A program made the position numbers and the translations under genes. Source: Lingula anatina (Eukaryota; Animalia; Brachiopoda). Taken from it: DNA of 64,000 nucleotides. Below the pieces are notes generated by a model. It worked only from the letters and a program-made list of their open reading frames with translations. It had not been told where the DNA came from and did not search any database. The DNA lies in contig CM120641.1 of assembly GCA_051362555.1 (NCBI GenBank), positions 5,394,001 to 5,458,000 of the forward strand. The letters run 5' to 3'. Every line of letters starts with the position of its first letter. The first letter of the stretch is position 1. Shown here one piece after another: positions 12,849-56,800 of this stretch.

Positions 12849-14646
12849 ATGTATGCTTTGACAAGAGGCTCCACTAAAATTTCAACTCACCCAAGAAGAG
12901 GTATGTGAAATTACAAATTGCACGTTTCATAGGGCTCGTCAAGTCATAAAAATTGGCATAGTGAAAAATTGAAGTTCGTAGACCGTTTTTAAGCCATTTT
13001 CTTTCGATTTCTAGGGCCGACGCAGCTGATCGACAGGGTTGAAAGTCGAGACCTAGCAAAGCGTGAGCCTTCGGGCCCCGCTCCAATGACGTAAGTATGC
13101 CTTCTCAAAGTGAACAAACACACAGACTGAATAAATTGGTCGAAGTATCATAACCTTGAATGAGTTAGTTGCAAAAGACAACTTATATTTGGTAGAAAAA
13201 TCTTGAGCACTTCGCTTATCGCCACACACCTGATGCAATCCTCCACGTGTAGGAATCATATCAGCTGTTTCTGTAAAGGTAAACAAGCAGGGAATGTGCA
13301 TATAAATGTCAGATAGGGCAGCGAAATTGTGCAATCTCAGGTTAGCAGGATAAGACCTTTATACGAGAATGTTAAACTCCAACATTGCTATGTGCAGCTT
13401 TCTACCTTTTTGTTGTATTTCACGCTTAATTGCCTGCTTTATGTAAGTGCAAAATTGTTTCATAACACCTCCATTTGTAGAACCGGTGCAAGTGATTTCA
13501 CTTTCCAGTCCATTTGCTATTTGGCAATTTTTACCCGTGAACCAAACTGTTGGCTTCAAAAACAGAAGTTGACTATGTTATGTATTTATCTATTACTATC
13601 AGTCTCACCTTAAAGCTTTTTCTGTTGCACTTCAATTCAGTAAATACCACTGATAATAACAGGTTAGTTAAAGGTAAATACCATAGAACCTCCTTGCCCT
13701 TCACGCTACTTTGCAGATCACCATTCCAAGAAAGCTTTTAAATATTTTGACACCCTTGAAATGTTTCCAGCACATGTAGATAACATTAAGTTTTACTGGA
13801 CCTTGTTGGTCCAAAGGCAAATGTCAGAATTTGTTTTGGTAGCAGGAAATAGAGGCTATCTTCTACAAACCCTTCACTTGCCAATTTCAACAGAATTTAA
13901 GATAGCATGATAACCTTTAAATGGTTTCTTCAATCTTGACTGAGGTGTTTGAGTTTGTGCCTTTATTTGTTAAATTGGTTCTCATCTATTGAATGTTTCA
14001 ATTTGTAATGAGCAAAAAGCAATGAAACCCTTAAGGTTTTGTATATTTTCAGTTAAATACCCGAACAATTGTGAAATTCAAAGTATAAATTGCTTGAAAG
14101 TGGACATATGATTCAGCACTAAAATGGCAGTACGCCCAGTATTGGCATGTTTGATTTGGTTGAATAGAAGAGAACAATAAAGTTATGTGCACTGTGTTGC
14201 CACTTGATTCGTGCAGCATTGTGCTGAATTGAAATGTCCGTTACAATAATATTGGCTTTGTGCCTTTTCTGGCCTGAAATAATTGAAAATGACAGTTCCA
14301 AGGGTCATGTGAGTACATGACAGTAGTTTGTGTTCTTTGAATTTACATTTATATCCAATTAAAATTTTTCTCTCACCTGCCTTTTTCATCCAGGCATGGG
14401 TCACGGACACTTGAGAATGACAAGATTTTTGATAAACCAGACCCTCTGGGTCGGAAACATATATGTGAAAAGAAATAAATAAAAATAAATTACATGTAAA
14501 CAAATGGAAATAAAATACTTCATTTGGACCAGCACAGAATAAGAAGGACCTGCAGATTTCTTGTAGTGCAGGTCCCCTGAAAGAAAAGTTCTCCTCCTGT
14601 CTTTTTTCACCTGCTATTCATTAGTCACTTCATTTATATATAATTA

Positions 14647-14702
<56 letters not shown>

Positions 14703-15784
14703 TTGTGGTTATTAAGAAGATAGGTAATTATATTTTGAATTGTAATTTGTAGGTCTCCAAGGCCCCTGTTTAATGACAAAAAGACTGCGGTTGTGAGACC
14801 CGTAACAAGAACGGCTCCAGAGCCGGTGACTCCCCACCATGAAGATAATGTCAAATTCTTACTGCAAGGTGAGTTTTAGATGGAGTAAAGACACAAAAGG
14901 AAATGGGAGCAAGCCAAGCAAATGTCTGTATTGTATATTCTGGGCATCTACTGGCATTCGCATGAAGTAGCTATAAAGTGAGTGCAATGTATGTAACTTC
15001 ATTTCCAAATTTGAATCAAAGAACTTACAATGTTTATCTTTTGCTATTAAGATAATGTTACATGAAAAACTGTTGGAAATAAATCTGTCACTATTATTTT
15101 TTTACATTCAACTCGATATCTCACATGTGATTTTATTTTTGCAATTGTTTTCTTTCCCTAGCATGGCAGCAAGTGCAGAGAGAAATTGAAATGAGTCAGA
15201 AGTCGGGAAAAGACGGTAAGTGTGTGTTGCTTTTTTCTCACTATCATGAAAAAGTAGGTGTTAAAGATTTAAGATCCTATAAAAATATACAAAGGCAATA
15301 ATTGTGCCTGTTTAACTTGAAGTAGTATTTATGTCATATGATAGAAAAAAAAAGATGACCCCCCCCCCAAAAAAAAAAAATAATAATAATACAAAAAGAA
15401 AATTGTTAAATATAGTAATGTGCTCTATTATTGGTTCCTTATTGAGAACATGTAATTATTTTATTGTCTTATTTCAGGGCCTATTTTTTATCAGGAGAAA
15501 ACTCCAAATCCTAAATTATCAGGTGAGAAAGTGCACATAAATGTTTCACTTAAATTTATGTTAAATTGTCCTTTGTAAACACAAGAAATGATAACATTTT
15601 GCTAGTCCAATGCCAGGAATCGTTCCTTGTTTTGTTTTTCAATAGTAAGTGTGCTTGCTTTTGTTATGAGATGTAAGTTTCAAGTGTAAATGACAATTTC
15701 TTTATACTTTCAGATTTTGAGCCTTTTGATTTGGAATCTTGGTGGGGCAAGAGAACACTAGAAAAAATACACCAGTCGTCCTGA
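12849..15784 (+). CDS. MCRIP: MAPK-regulated corepressor-interacting protein (MCRIP/FAM195 family), 137 aa
   Basis: Exons 12849-12900, 13015-13090, 14753-14868, 15162-15215, 15478-15522, 15714-15784: MYALTRGSTKISTHPRRGPTQ...MTSPRPLFN...HEDNVKFLLQAWQQVQRE...GPIFYQEKTPNPKLSDFEPFDLESWWGKRTLEKIHQSS*. This matches FAM195 hallmarks (HEENVRF..EAWQQV, YxExTPNPxLxxFxPxDLxxWW). Confidence 0.93.
14651..14698. repeat. (TA)n microsatellite
   Basis: Direct reading. Confidence 0.95.
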
Positions 15785-16655
15785 GGAAGGCTGAGACTTA
15801 GATCAATTTTACATAATAAATGAAATTTGTACAAGAAGTTGTATATAGACTATCCAAGTTCCAAGATGACTCTCTCTTAAAGACAACGTTACTTAGTACA
15901 GCAGACTGTAAGACAAGTTCATCAAATCCATGTTGGCAATACGAATTTGTGAATCCAGGAGTGTCAGTTTTTTGGTATTTGCACATTTCCAAAAAAAGAG
16001 AAAAAAACTCGGTTTAGGGTTTTAAATGGTACTAGAGGGACGTGTCCAACTGGACACTGAAAAGGATTTGCCCATTTCTTATTTCACCACTATGAAGACG
16101 GTTATTTACAAATTCTACATTGTTATTTTTTACATATATACTGAATTGTTCCTTGTTGGAGAAGGAGTAATGTTTTATTATAGCATTTACCACTAGGATC
16201 ACTGCCAGTGTGTGCTATGCACAGATCAATGTGGCAAATTGATGTAACATAACATTTGTACATAAATATGCAATTGAGAAAAGTTGTTGTTATTGGTGCC
16301 GCAAGGCAATCGGTTTTGCGTTTTTCCCTGTTATTGATTTGACTCCACACGCGTGTGCTTCGTAAAACTTTGATTTGTAAATTTTATTAATAAAAACAAA
16401 TTTGGGGGGAGGACCGTCAATCTCACCGAATATGAAAATTGATTGGTACAAGTTGTTGCACCGCGTCTGCTGCTTAGGACAGTGAAAGGTGGCAGCACGT
16501 ACCTTACGAGCGTCGTCTCTCAGGATTAAAGACATTCATGTTACGTAAAGTGAACGGTTCTTAACAAATTGAATGGAAAATATATATAAGTAATGTTTCC
16601 CCTTTGATCTCGCTTTTAGTCTATTTTCGTGTGAGTTTTTTAAAGGCGTGTATGT

Positions 16656-16754
16656 AATAGATACACCCAGAGTCAGCGGGGGTTATGTGGCATACACGAG
16701 TGCGTAGCACGAGTGGATGTCACATAACCCTCGCTGACGAGGGGTCTATCTTAT
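16656..16754. repeat. About 100-bp imperfect palindrome upstream of LIG1 ATG
   Basis: Arm GTCAGCGGGGGTTATGTGGCAT (16672-16693) pairs at 20/22 positions with ATGTCACATAACCCTCGCTGAC (16717-16738). The loop contains CACGAGTG twice. Confidence 0.75.
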
Positions 16755-16970
16755 TTAGACCACGGGCCCATTAGCGGGTTATAACGCATTCATTCGAGAC
16801 GTGCAGTTATCCGAGTTACACCACGTCCGAGTCTTTTGTTCTTCACTTCCACCGTGGTCTAACGTTTTTGAATCTTTCCTGTTATGATCGAAGCCGTGCG
16901 GTGCTGCCTCCTTGCAGAAAACTCTTTTGCTAGAGGAGATTTGCTTTGCTACGTCCTTGACCTTGTGAAG

Positions 16971-16980
16971 TGGCGCGAAA
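16971..16980 (-). promoter_or_regulatory. Putative E2F binding site in the LIG1 promoter/5'UTR
   Basis: TGGCGCGAAA is the reverse complement of TTTCGCGCCA (E2F consensus TTTSSCGC). It lies about 25 bp before the ATG of a replication gene, in a CpG-rich patch. Confidence 0.55.
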
Positions 16981-17005
16981 CCAAGCAATAATATACAGCA
17001 TCAAA

Positions 17006-48577
<31,572 letters not shown>

Positions 48578-48838
48578 GTAAATTGGTATGTTAATTAATA
48601 GATCAGCTATCAATTACCTTGTATTTTTACTTAATATTTTGTGTTATATTTAGTAGAACATATTCTGGAGTATACTTTCTACCACTTATCCCAAGTAAGA
48701 TCTTCTGCATGAATCAAATTCCACTCATGTTTCTTGTATATCTGATATAATTTGGAAAGGTTCTTGTCAAAACAAATGAAGCCAAGTTTTTTTCATTTCT
48801 AATGGTTACTTTGTGCATATAATTATATGAGAGATCCA

Positions 48839-48942
<104 letters not shown>

Positions 48943-50535
48943 CCTTAATTTTTTTTATGTTGTCTGTTTTTAAATGATGGATGGAGGATTTTTTTTAAAG
49001 GAATTCCTATTTTTTAGTTTAATTGGAAAATCTGATAAGTGAATGTGGGTATATTTGAGCTGTTTTTTTAGTACAGCTTTGGTGTTAAATGAAATGGACA
49101 GAATTGAGGAAATGTATAAGCATACAATGCAGAATGTTTGCATGACACATAACATTAACAATATCGTCAATTTAGGAGCTTTTTCCTGCAGACATGAAAT
49201 ATTCTTCATTATATTTTATGATGCATTAACAAAGCAATGAATTTGGTTAATTCAGTTGTGATATGAATTCACAATATACTCCTAAATTATACATTGCACC
49301 CTAAGCACCATAAATCATAATAAGTAATACAAGTTGTCATTGTCAAAGGGCCTTGGAATGACAACCTAGGGAAAAGATCAACTATTATTTCTTCTCTTTA
49401 TAAAGATACATGGCACTGTTGCCAACAGACTGACTGCTTATAACCTTTGCAAGAGCAAATTTAGATATATCAAAAAGCATCTGTTCAAGGTGTAATTTCA
49501 CAACTGTTTTGTCATAATGGGTAACAGTTTTTTTTTTCATTGAGGCAACTATTGCCAGGTTACATATCCTCTTGTATAATTTGGTAGTTTTTTTCACCCA
49601 ATTTATTACAGCTATTGCGTTTTGAGGTTATCTAATGTTCATCTCACGCAGTTGACACCTTTGTGAGGTTTTCTACAACCTCAGATGTGTTTTATGTGTT
49701 ATGACATGCAAACTTTCATAACCATAAAACAGAACTAGGAATTCATCCCTTTATACATTTTACAGTAGAATTTCTTTCAATTTGAAACAACCTGTGCAAG
49801 AGGTATTAGCACCTAGTTTCCAGGTTTTCATCAACACAAAAGGGTATTTTTTCCATTTTTTACCGACAGGTGTGTCATCTGTTAAGAACGGGTTTATTGA
49901 TAATTATATTGAAAGCTGTTTGGTTAGGTGTGAATATGTGCCAGCACCTGTGCATGTATGTGTAATGAAGCAAGGGGATACATATAGATATATGCTGATG
50001 TGATATGGATGATAAAATTCAGTGACATTTGTAAGTTGTTTGATTATAGAGATGTTCGTTTTAAAGATGCCAAAGGTTTGAAGTTCCCAAAGCAAAGGGT
50101 AGTTTTTCAATGTGAAATCCTTTTTAATATGGTTCATTCCCTAAAGGGGTTTTAGACCTTTTTTTTAATTTGTCTGTACCTCTACCTTCTCTACCTTGAA
50201 ATAAAAAGAGGGAGAGAGAAAGATTTGTATTATGTTGCTAATAGCATCTTCCAGACTAGAAAAGTCATTACGTTACAGTAGTAACTGGTTACATAATTAT
50301 ACGTTGTCAGTCATCACACACAGCTTTAAATCTTCTTTATGTGTACTGAAAGCTAATATTAAATAGAACTCTTCCACTTATTACTAAACAGTCCATGTTG
50401 CAGGCATGGGGAAGTCTGTGGAGATACTGAGGGTCCAATATATATATATATATATTTATATATATAACATAAATATTGTTATATTTATGTTATATATATA
50501 AATATATATATATATTTATATATATAACATAAATA

Positions 50536-50539
<4 letters not shown>

Positions 50540-50608
<69 letters not shown>
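50540..50608. repeat. (TA)n microsatellite within an AT-rich low-complexity tract
   Basis: Direct reading. Confidence 0.9.
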
Positions 50609-50610
<2 letters not shown>

Positions 50611-50611
50611 C

Positions 50612-50800
50612 AAGGACCTGTTATACAAGAAGTCTGCAGGTTCTCCCAATTCTGTGCTGGTCCAAACTTAGTATTCTGTTTTTCTAAGTCTGTGTTTACT
50701 TGCAATGTATTATTATGTATTGTATTTTCAAATAAACCTTGCCAGTCCATAGGACCTGCAGTATCAAAAATCTTGCAGGTCCACTGGCATTTCAAGCATT
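50612..50800. repeat. Dispersed repeat fragment, homologous (inverted) to about 14505-14578
   Basis: AGGACCTGTTATACAAGAAGTCTGCAGGTTCTCCCAATTCTGTGCTGGTCCAAA matches the reverse complement of 14523-14576 (GGGACCTGCACTACAAGAAATCTGCAGGTCCTTCTTATTCTGTGCTGGTCCAAA). GGACCTGCA/TGCAGGTCC subrepeats are present. Confidence 0.65.
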
Positions 50801-53800
50801 TGTGACCAGTCTGATGTTGTTGTCAGTAGGTGCATTCAAGTAGCATTTCATTTTTGTTTTTTACAGAAATTGAATGGAGATCAGAGAATCGGACAAACAA
50901 GCAAGATCACATTAAAACTCAACAACAGTGATGGACATCATTGATTTCTTTTTACGTGGGTTTGAGAGAAAAACTATGATGAAGGTATATGCACAGACTA
51001 TTATAGCAACATAAGTAGGAGGTCCCGATAAAAGTGATTACATTTTCTTAGTTAAGCCGGTCATACATGAGATAATGCAGTCAATTTATTGCTTATTTGG
51101 ACTCTGCTGAGTCAGATATGCAATATTAATCTAAGTGTTTTCACAAGCAATGGATGTACCTGAGAAGGCTTTTGTCACCATCATTGTCAACTGTCAATAC
51201 AATGCAATATTGATATAAGGTTTAAAAAGGTAGGCTTTCATTTATGTTCTTGTTAAACACAACTTGGCTGTGCTTGGCTGCAATAGAAATTCAACCTAAG
51301 TTCTTTTGTGAGATGGGGAACAGAGCAAGATGCACATTTGATTGTGATGTGATGTGTTTGTGAAAAAAATTCAAAAAGTGATAATTTGTTAAGTTGGATT
51401 AAGTTAGAGGAAATAAAGATTAGCATGTCAAATACCACTTGCTGTTGTGTGAGGTCTGGAAATCCCATATTGAAAGTTTACCATTACTGTTAGCATTAAT
51501 TTATGGAATACTGTTTGCAGAATATACCAGTTGTTGAATATATCCATGAATTATATTCTCTTCTTTGTCACAGATGCATGTTAATTTTAAAGGCGGGCAT
51601 TTTTGATGTGTCATTATTTGAAAATATTTTAGACCTCAGCAGGAATAGATAACTAAGTAAATTATATTTTTCAAGTCTAGAAATTGTACATTTGAAAGCT
51701 ATGTATATGATTTCCCTGTATGCTGTAAGGACAATGATAGATAGAAACATGTTTTGGGAGCTCTAGTGTTATAATCTTTATTCAGTTGTATAGTGTGAGC
51801 AATACAAGAATTTGACTCTACACAAGAGGCTGCATGCATTCCAAGACAAGCTTAGATTGAAGCTGGTTAGGTTTTGGATGATAGCTTTGCAGCAGTACAC
51901 ATGCCTGTATAAAAGAAAAGGCCATCCAACTTATTATGGTTTGGTGATAATAGTTAACAGCATGAAGAGTGTTATGCAAGGGGGGGGGGGGGGTTACATG
52001 ATAAAAGCACCTGGATCACTGAGAAGTCATGTAGGCCAGTTGGAGAGGAAGATGGAAATTTAGCAGTAGAAAGATCTCTACAGTTTTGAAGTTTATCTTG
52101 ACCATTTTTAATGGAACTTTAAAATGAACTTGAACATGTGCCAGGCATATATAAAGGTTTTCAATTGACATTGTCATAGTTGTGTTTAGGAATCCAGACT
52201 TGATATGAGTTTATCTTGTAAATTTTTCAATGCAAGTTAATGTCGGGTTTTGAAGTCTGATTTTGTATACACATTTAAAACAGATTTATGGAGATTATAT
52301 TACTTATTGCACCATTTATGTAACAGAAATGCAATTTTTGTTGAAAGTGTGGTTTTACAAATATTTGTTACTATGTAAATGTACATTAAATTTACCAAGC
52401 AATGCTATTAAAATTTTAACAAAAGAAGATTGATGTTAATTTTTTTTTTTTTTTTTTCGTGAAGGAAAGAAGTTATTGCCTGCTGTAAGTGGGAAAACTT
52501 GAAAAATTATTTCACTGGAGGTTGTGATGAAGAATATTTCTTTGGATAAAGAATAGGAGTGTCCATTGATGTGTGTAATTCCACTCAATATGTTTTTTTT
52601 TTTTTTTCTAAAAACCAATTTTAAACTGGGGATTTACTTTAAAACCTAGTTCATACATTTGTTTTTTCTGAAATCATTTCTGAATACCTAGGTACAACTG
52701 AGGTTTGCTTAGTTTTAAGTCACGTTTTTCAAATTTCAAATAAAGGCTTGATTGATTAACTTAAAAGACGCAACCAAGTTAAAGCTTCAGAGAAGCACGT
52801 TTTAGTGGGATTTACTCAGTGCATGTATAGGCTAAAATCCCATGGTCTTGGAAACAATAGAATACCAATGTGATTTGGGCTCTAAATCTCTTGCACTTAT
52901 CCCTTGATTGCTCGGGGGTTTTATACACTCATTAGCCCAAGAAAAATCTCCTGAGGTGCACTCTTCTTATTGCAGACGGTGTGATACTGGCTGGTTTGAA
53001 TGGCAAGTCAGCAAAGCCTGCTATGCACAGTTTTGAGTTTGGGTCGAAAATAGAAAGGGAAGGGAAATCGACGAAAAAGACCGACAACCAACATCAGTTT
53101 CTGTACATGGTAGTGTTGAAGCGTTGACTATTTGCTTGACACTACATGTGCGTATTTCTAAGGACAGAAGAAGTTGAATTTTTTATTTCGGTGACGGTTG
53201 TTAAAAATGCATGTATATTCATTCCGAGACTGCAACCTGGAAAAAAATCTGCCCATGAAACATCAAAAGAGAAATGATGGTCCAGGGTGAGGAAAAAATA
53301 GACGTCGGTCTTGAGGCACGCATCAACTTTTTATTGATGTGCTACCTATGGAGATATTTCCACGTTTGCAGATTGCGGTTAAGGAAGACGTTTGTCTTGA
53401 CATTTTGATACATGGAGACCCTCAAAATTCAAATAACCCCCACAAAAAAGCATGATCACGTGAGAAAAAAAAATACCAAAACCAGCAGTGAGCCAAAATG
53501 CGTAAGCAGACAAATGAACCTTGCAAAAAATATCTAGAACGCAGCTGTCCGGGAAGAGGTGTATAAAGCACGTTGCTAGGCATAAGACCATAATTGTTAA
53601 GGTGTTTACTAGTATGGTAAATTAACGTAAGTTACTGGAGTTATATTTTGACACTCAGAGTCTAATGGATATGCTTATTTTCATAAAAATTTGTCGGTAC
53701 TTGCGGTAGGTCCATTGCATAAACAGGTGATAAAAAAATAGGTTGGAGAGATGGTAAACTGATGGTGACTTGAGATTCCCTCACTGCGTTTTGCATTGAA

Positions 53801-56800
53801 AAGTGAGGCAGGGAGTCCATTAGGGGATTTGGCGGCATTGCTTTTAAATGGGTCGGTCATATTTGATCCATAGTTGATACGCCGTAGTCTGCGGATCAAG
53901 TTGTTCTTAAAGTGCCCTATGTGCCTGCGGAAGGGCTCTCCGTTGATAAAATATATGTTCGTACACGGGCGACTGTCCTCTAAACGCTTTTAAACGAACT
54001 GTTTTAGTTTTTATTCAAAGTATTTTGATTACGGCTGCCCGTTATCGTGCCCAAAGGCCTACTAATATTTGTTTAAGAAAGGAACAACTGAATAAATACA
54101 AAATATTTTGACAGTATCGACATGAAATTAGAAAATACCATTGTTCCTTCATGTTATCATGTCATATAAAATTTTAGGTGATTTATTATTCCCACGGTGA
54201 TGATACACTAGCAAAGAGCCCCAAAGAGTATTTTGTTAATTTCATAATTAAGTATTATGACGGGAATCGTGACTTGAGCCTGAAGTTACAAGATATTGGT
54301 CTATGATTATTTTACGAATTAAGTGTTTCGTAAGATTGGTTTTGTAAAATGAATTCTGGTCGTTGGTACATGTATTATAGATGACTACTTAAAGAATATT
54401 GTAAGTTTCCTTCTTCAAATAGCAAAAGCAAGTGCTTTCACTAATACATCGATTTTATTTTTTCTAAGAATTGATTTGAAAAAAGGCCAAGCGTGTCTTT
54501 CAAACAGATGGTTACAAAAGAAAACCGAAAGAAAGCCTATCTAAAAATAGAGAAAAAACAATTACATTATTGCTTTATTATTTTGCTACATGCATAACTA
54601 AGCATTACTCGAGAAGGCTAATTTGTTCATAGGTTGCCAAGGTGACCCTCTCCATCGCTACTAAAAGCAACATGGTTATCAAACAACAAAAAATTATTTT
54701 TTTATTTCCTGGGAGCAACAAAAACTGTCGTACAAGCATAGTCTTATGTGTCACACGGCCAAATGCATTCGAGAAAGCTTTTTTACTAACATCTTTATTA
54801 ACAGCTTTCAGACAAGACTTGAGGATAATAATATCGTCAGAATAATATGCTGCCAAGTACAGGTGAAGTAAAGAATTGACGGTGCTCTTAATCCTACGCT
54901 TTTTTATTATCCTTGCCAAAGAGACCCACGTTTTCCTACGCAATAATTATCTTCATTCCCTTTTTTCTCTAAGCACAGAGCACAAGCAGTAAAGTAACAC
55001 GTGGAAATGAAGTGGTGAAAGATATTAAATGAGCCTTGGTTTTGAACAAATGAACTACAGGCATTAATAAGGTTTAACATGAAACCGTCAGACTGCCGCA
55101 GTCACCTGGAGTCACATCATTATTCTCGTCTTGAACCTACTGTTACCACTCAAATATTTAAGTCCACCGCTTAAGAAACTCCATATTTCTTGGCGAACTC
55201 ATGTATTGGACATTGGACGCCATGCCATGACATCTATATCGGATCTAAAATAAAAAATATATATAAAAAATGAAGAAAAACTAATTGCTTTAAGATATCG
55301 AACAAGTTGACCAATAATTATGTAGCCCCACGTCATTTTCTCTTTGATCCCTCCACCCCCCGGATGGGCGGCCCGTTATCCGATAATCCATATTTGCTTT
55401 ACTCAGACGTTTTTTCCTCTGAATTTTTGTAAGTGTTGGGTGGGGGAGAAAACCTCGTGCTTGATTGTATTTTTCCTCCAACTTCCTGGGTACCGAATGA
55501 AGTGTAGATGTAAGTTCTGTAACGTAGGTCCATTAAACCCACGCCATTTCTGGACCACGTGCGCCATCTAGTGAAAAAAAAACATTTTCCCTGGCTTTTA
55601 GAGTCTCTTATCAAATTTCAGTTATTTAGTGGTTATTGTTTTGGTCGTGCTTTGAAATTGGACAAAATGGAACTATTCCACCAGACGATCTACGAAAGCT
55701 TGCCAAGCTTGTCACATACTTGAATTAAACGTTTTTCAAGAGGTCACTTTCAAGTTGAAACGATAAACCTCACAGCAGCGTTTTACCCCTGACAATTTGC
55801 GTTTGAAGCTGTAATTCAATGGTGTCAATAAAACTGAAAAAGTTTCGGCTGGTTGGATCGTGGGAAGCATAACCTCGGACGATTACGTCCTTTACATTGT
55901 GAATTTACATTGTGTCCACATGCACCAACAAACATGCTGGCACAGAAACTGTCCTTTTACATCCCCGGGTAGAGTTTGTCCCCAGGAGTAAATTTTTGCC
56001 TAGACCAAACTACACCTGAGTTTAATCTGAGCAGGAGTTAAATCGGCTTGCTGCACTGGTATACCGTCGAGTTGTCACTGCCACTTTCATTGTCCCCTCA
56101 ATCGTACATTCGAAAGCTGAGAAAAAATTTAATCAATTCTGAGAGACTATCCATTCGTTTCGGTGATAATGATGCTCCCGACGAAGCGATCGAGTTTGGA
56201 GTATTTCCGAGATCATGACGTCAGGGAAGGATTTTAAAGTTCAAGTAATTTGTAAGTTGATCGATCTTGGCACGCTTGGAGTTTCAAGAAAAACATTGCT
56301 TTTTTTTCGTTTGAAGTCATCTTAAATGCCCCTTTTCTACACAGCTCCGGAGTTTCGATTTGCACCATTGTGTCCGTTTTGATAAACGCGTTATCTTTGC
56401 ACTGTAAATTGATTGCTACCATAGATCGTGTTTCTTTTTCAAAATATTTGCTATTTGTTATTTAAAATGTGTCGCACATGTTTTCTATAATGATAAACGT
56501 ACTATCTGTCTTGTCAACTGTAACATTTGTTGATCTGACAGCAGATTGGTGTGAAGACTCGATTTTCAGAGGTCCTGGTGCTCACCAGACGAACAAACCA
56601 TACAGAATTCTGATTCCATTATCTGCACATGCGGGGGCATTATGGAAAACATTGTTCGATTTGTAAGCAGTTTATTTCCTCCAAAAACAATATATCCAGT
56701 TAACTTTTTTCCTGTCCTAAAAGCGAATCCAAACAATTCTACGAATTATAGAATTTTCGATTGTTGCACAAAACGCTATATCAAACGTCTAAAACTGAAA

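Noticed and set aside
13641-13662. 22-nt candidate MCRIP microexon (phase 1-2, VNTTDNNR)
   Set aside because: Exon 13015-13090 has the same phases and carries the conserved GPTQ motif; there is no homology support for the microexon.
50867-50984. Exon-like segment (acceptor, MDIIDFFLRGFERKTMMK, GT donor)
   Set aside because: Stops in all through-frames, no homology, and no partner exons found.
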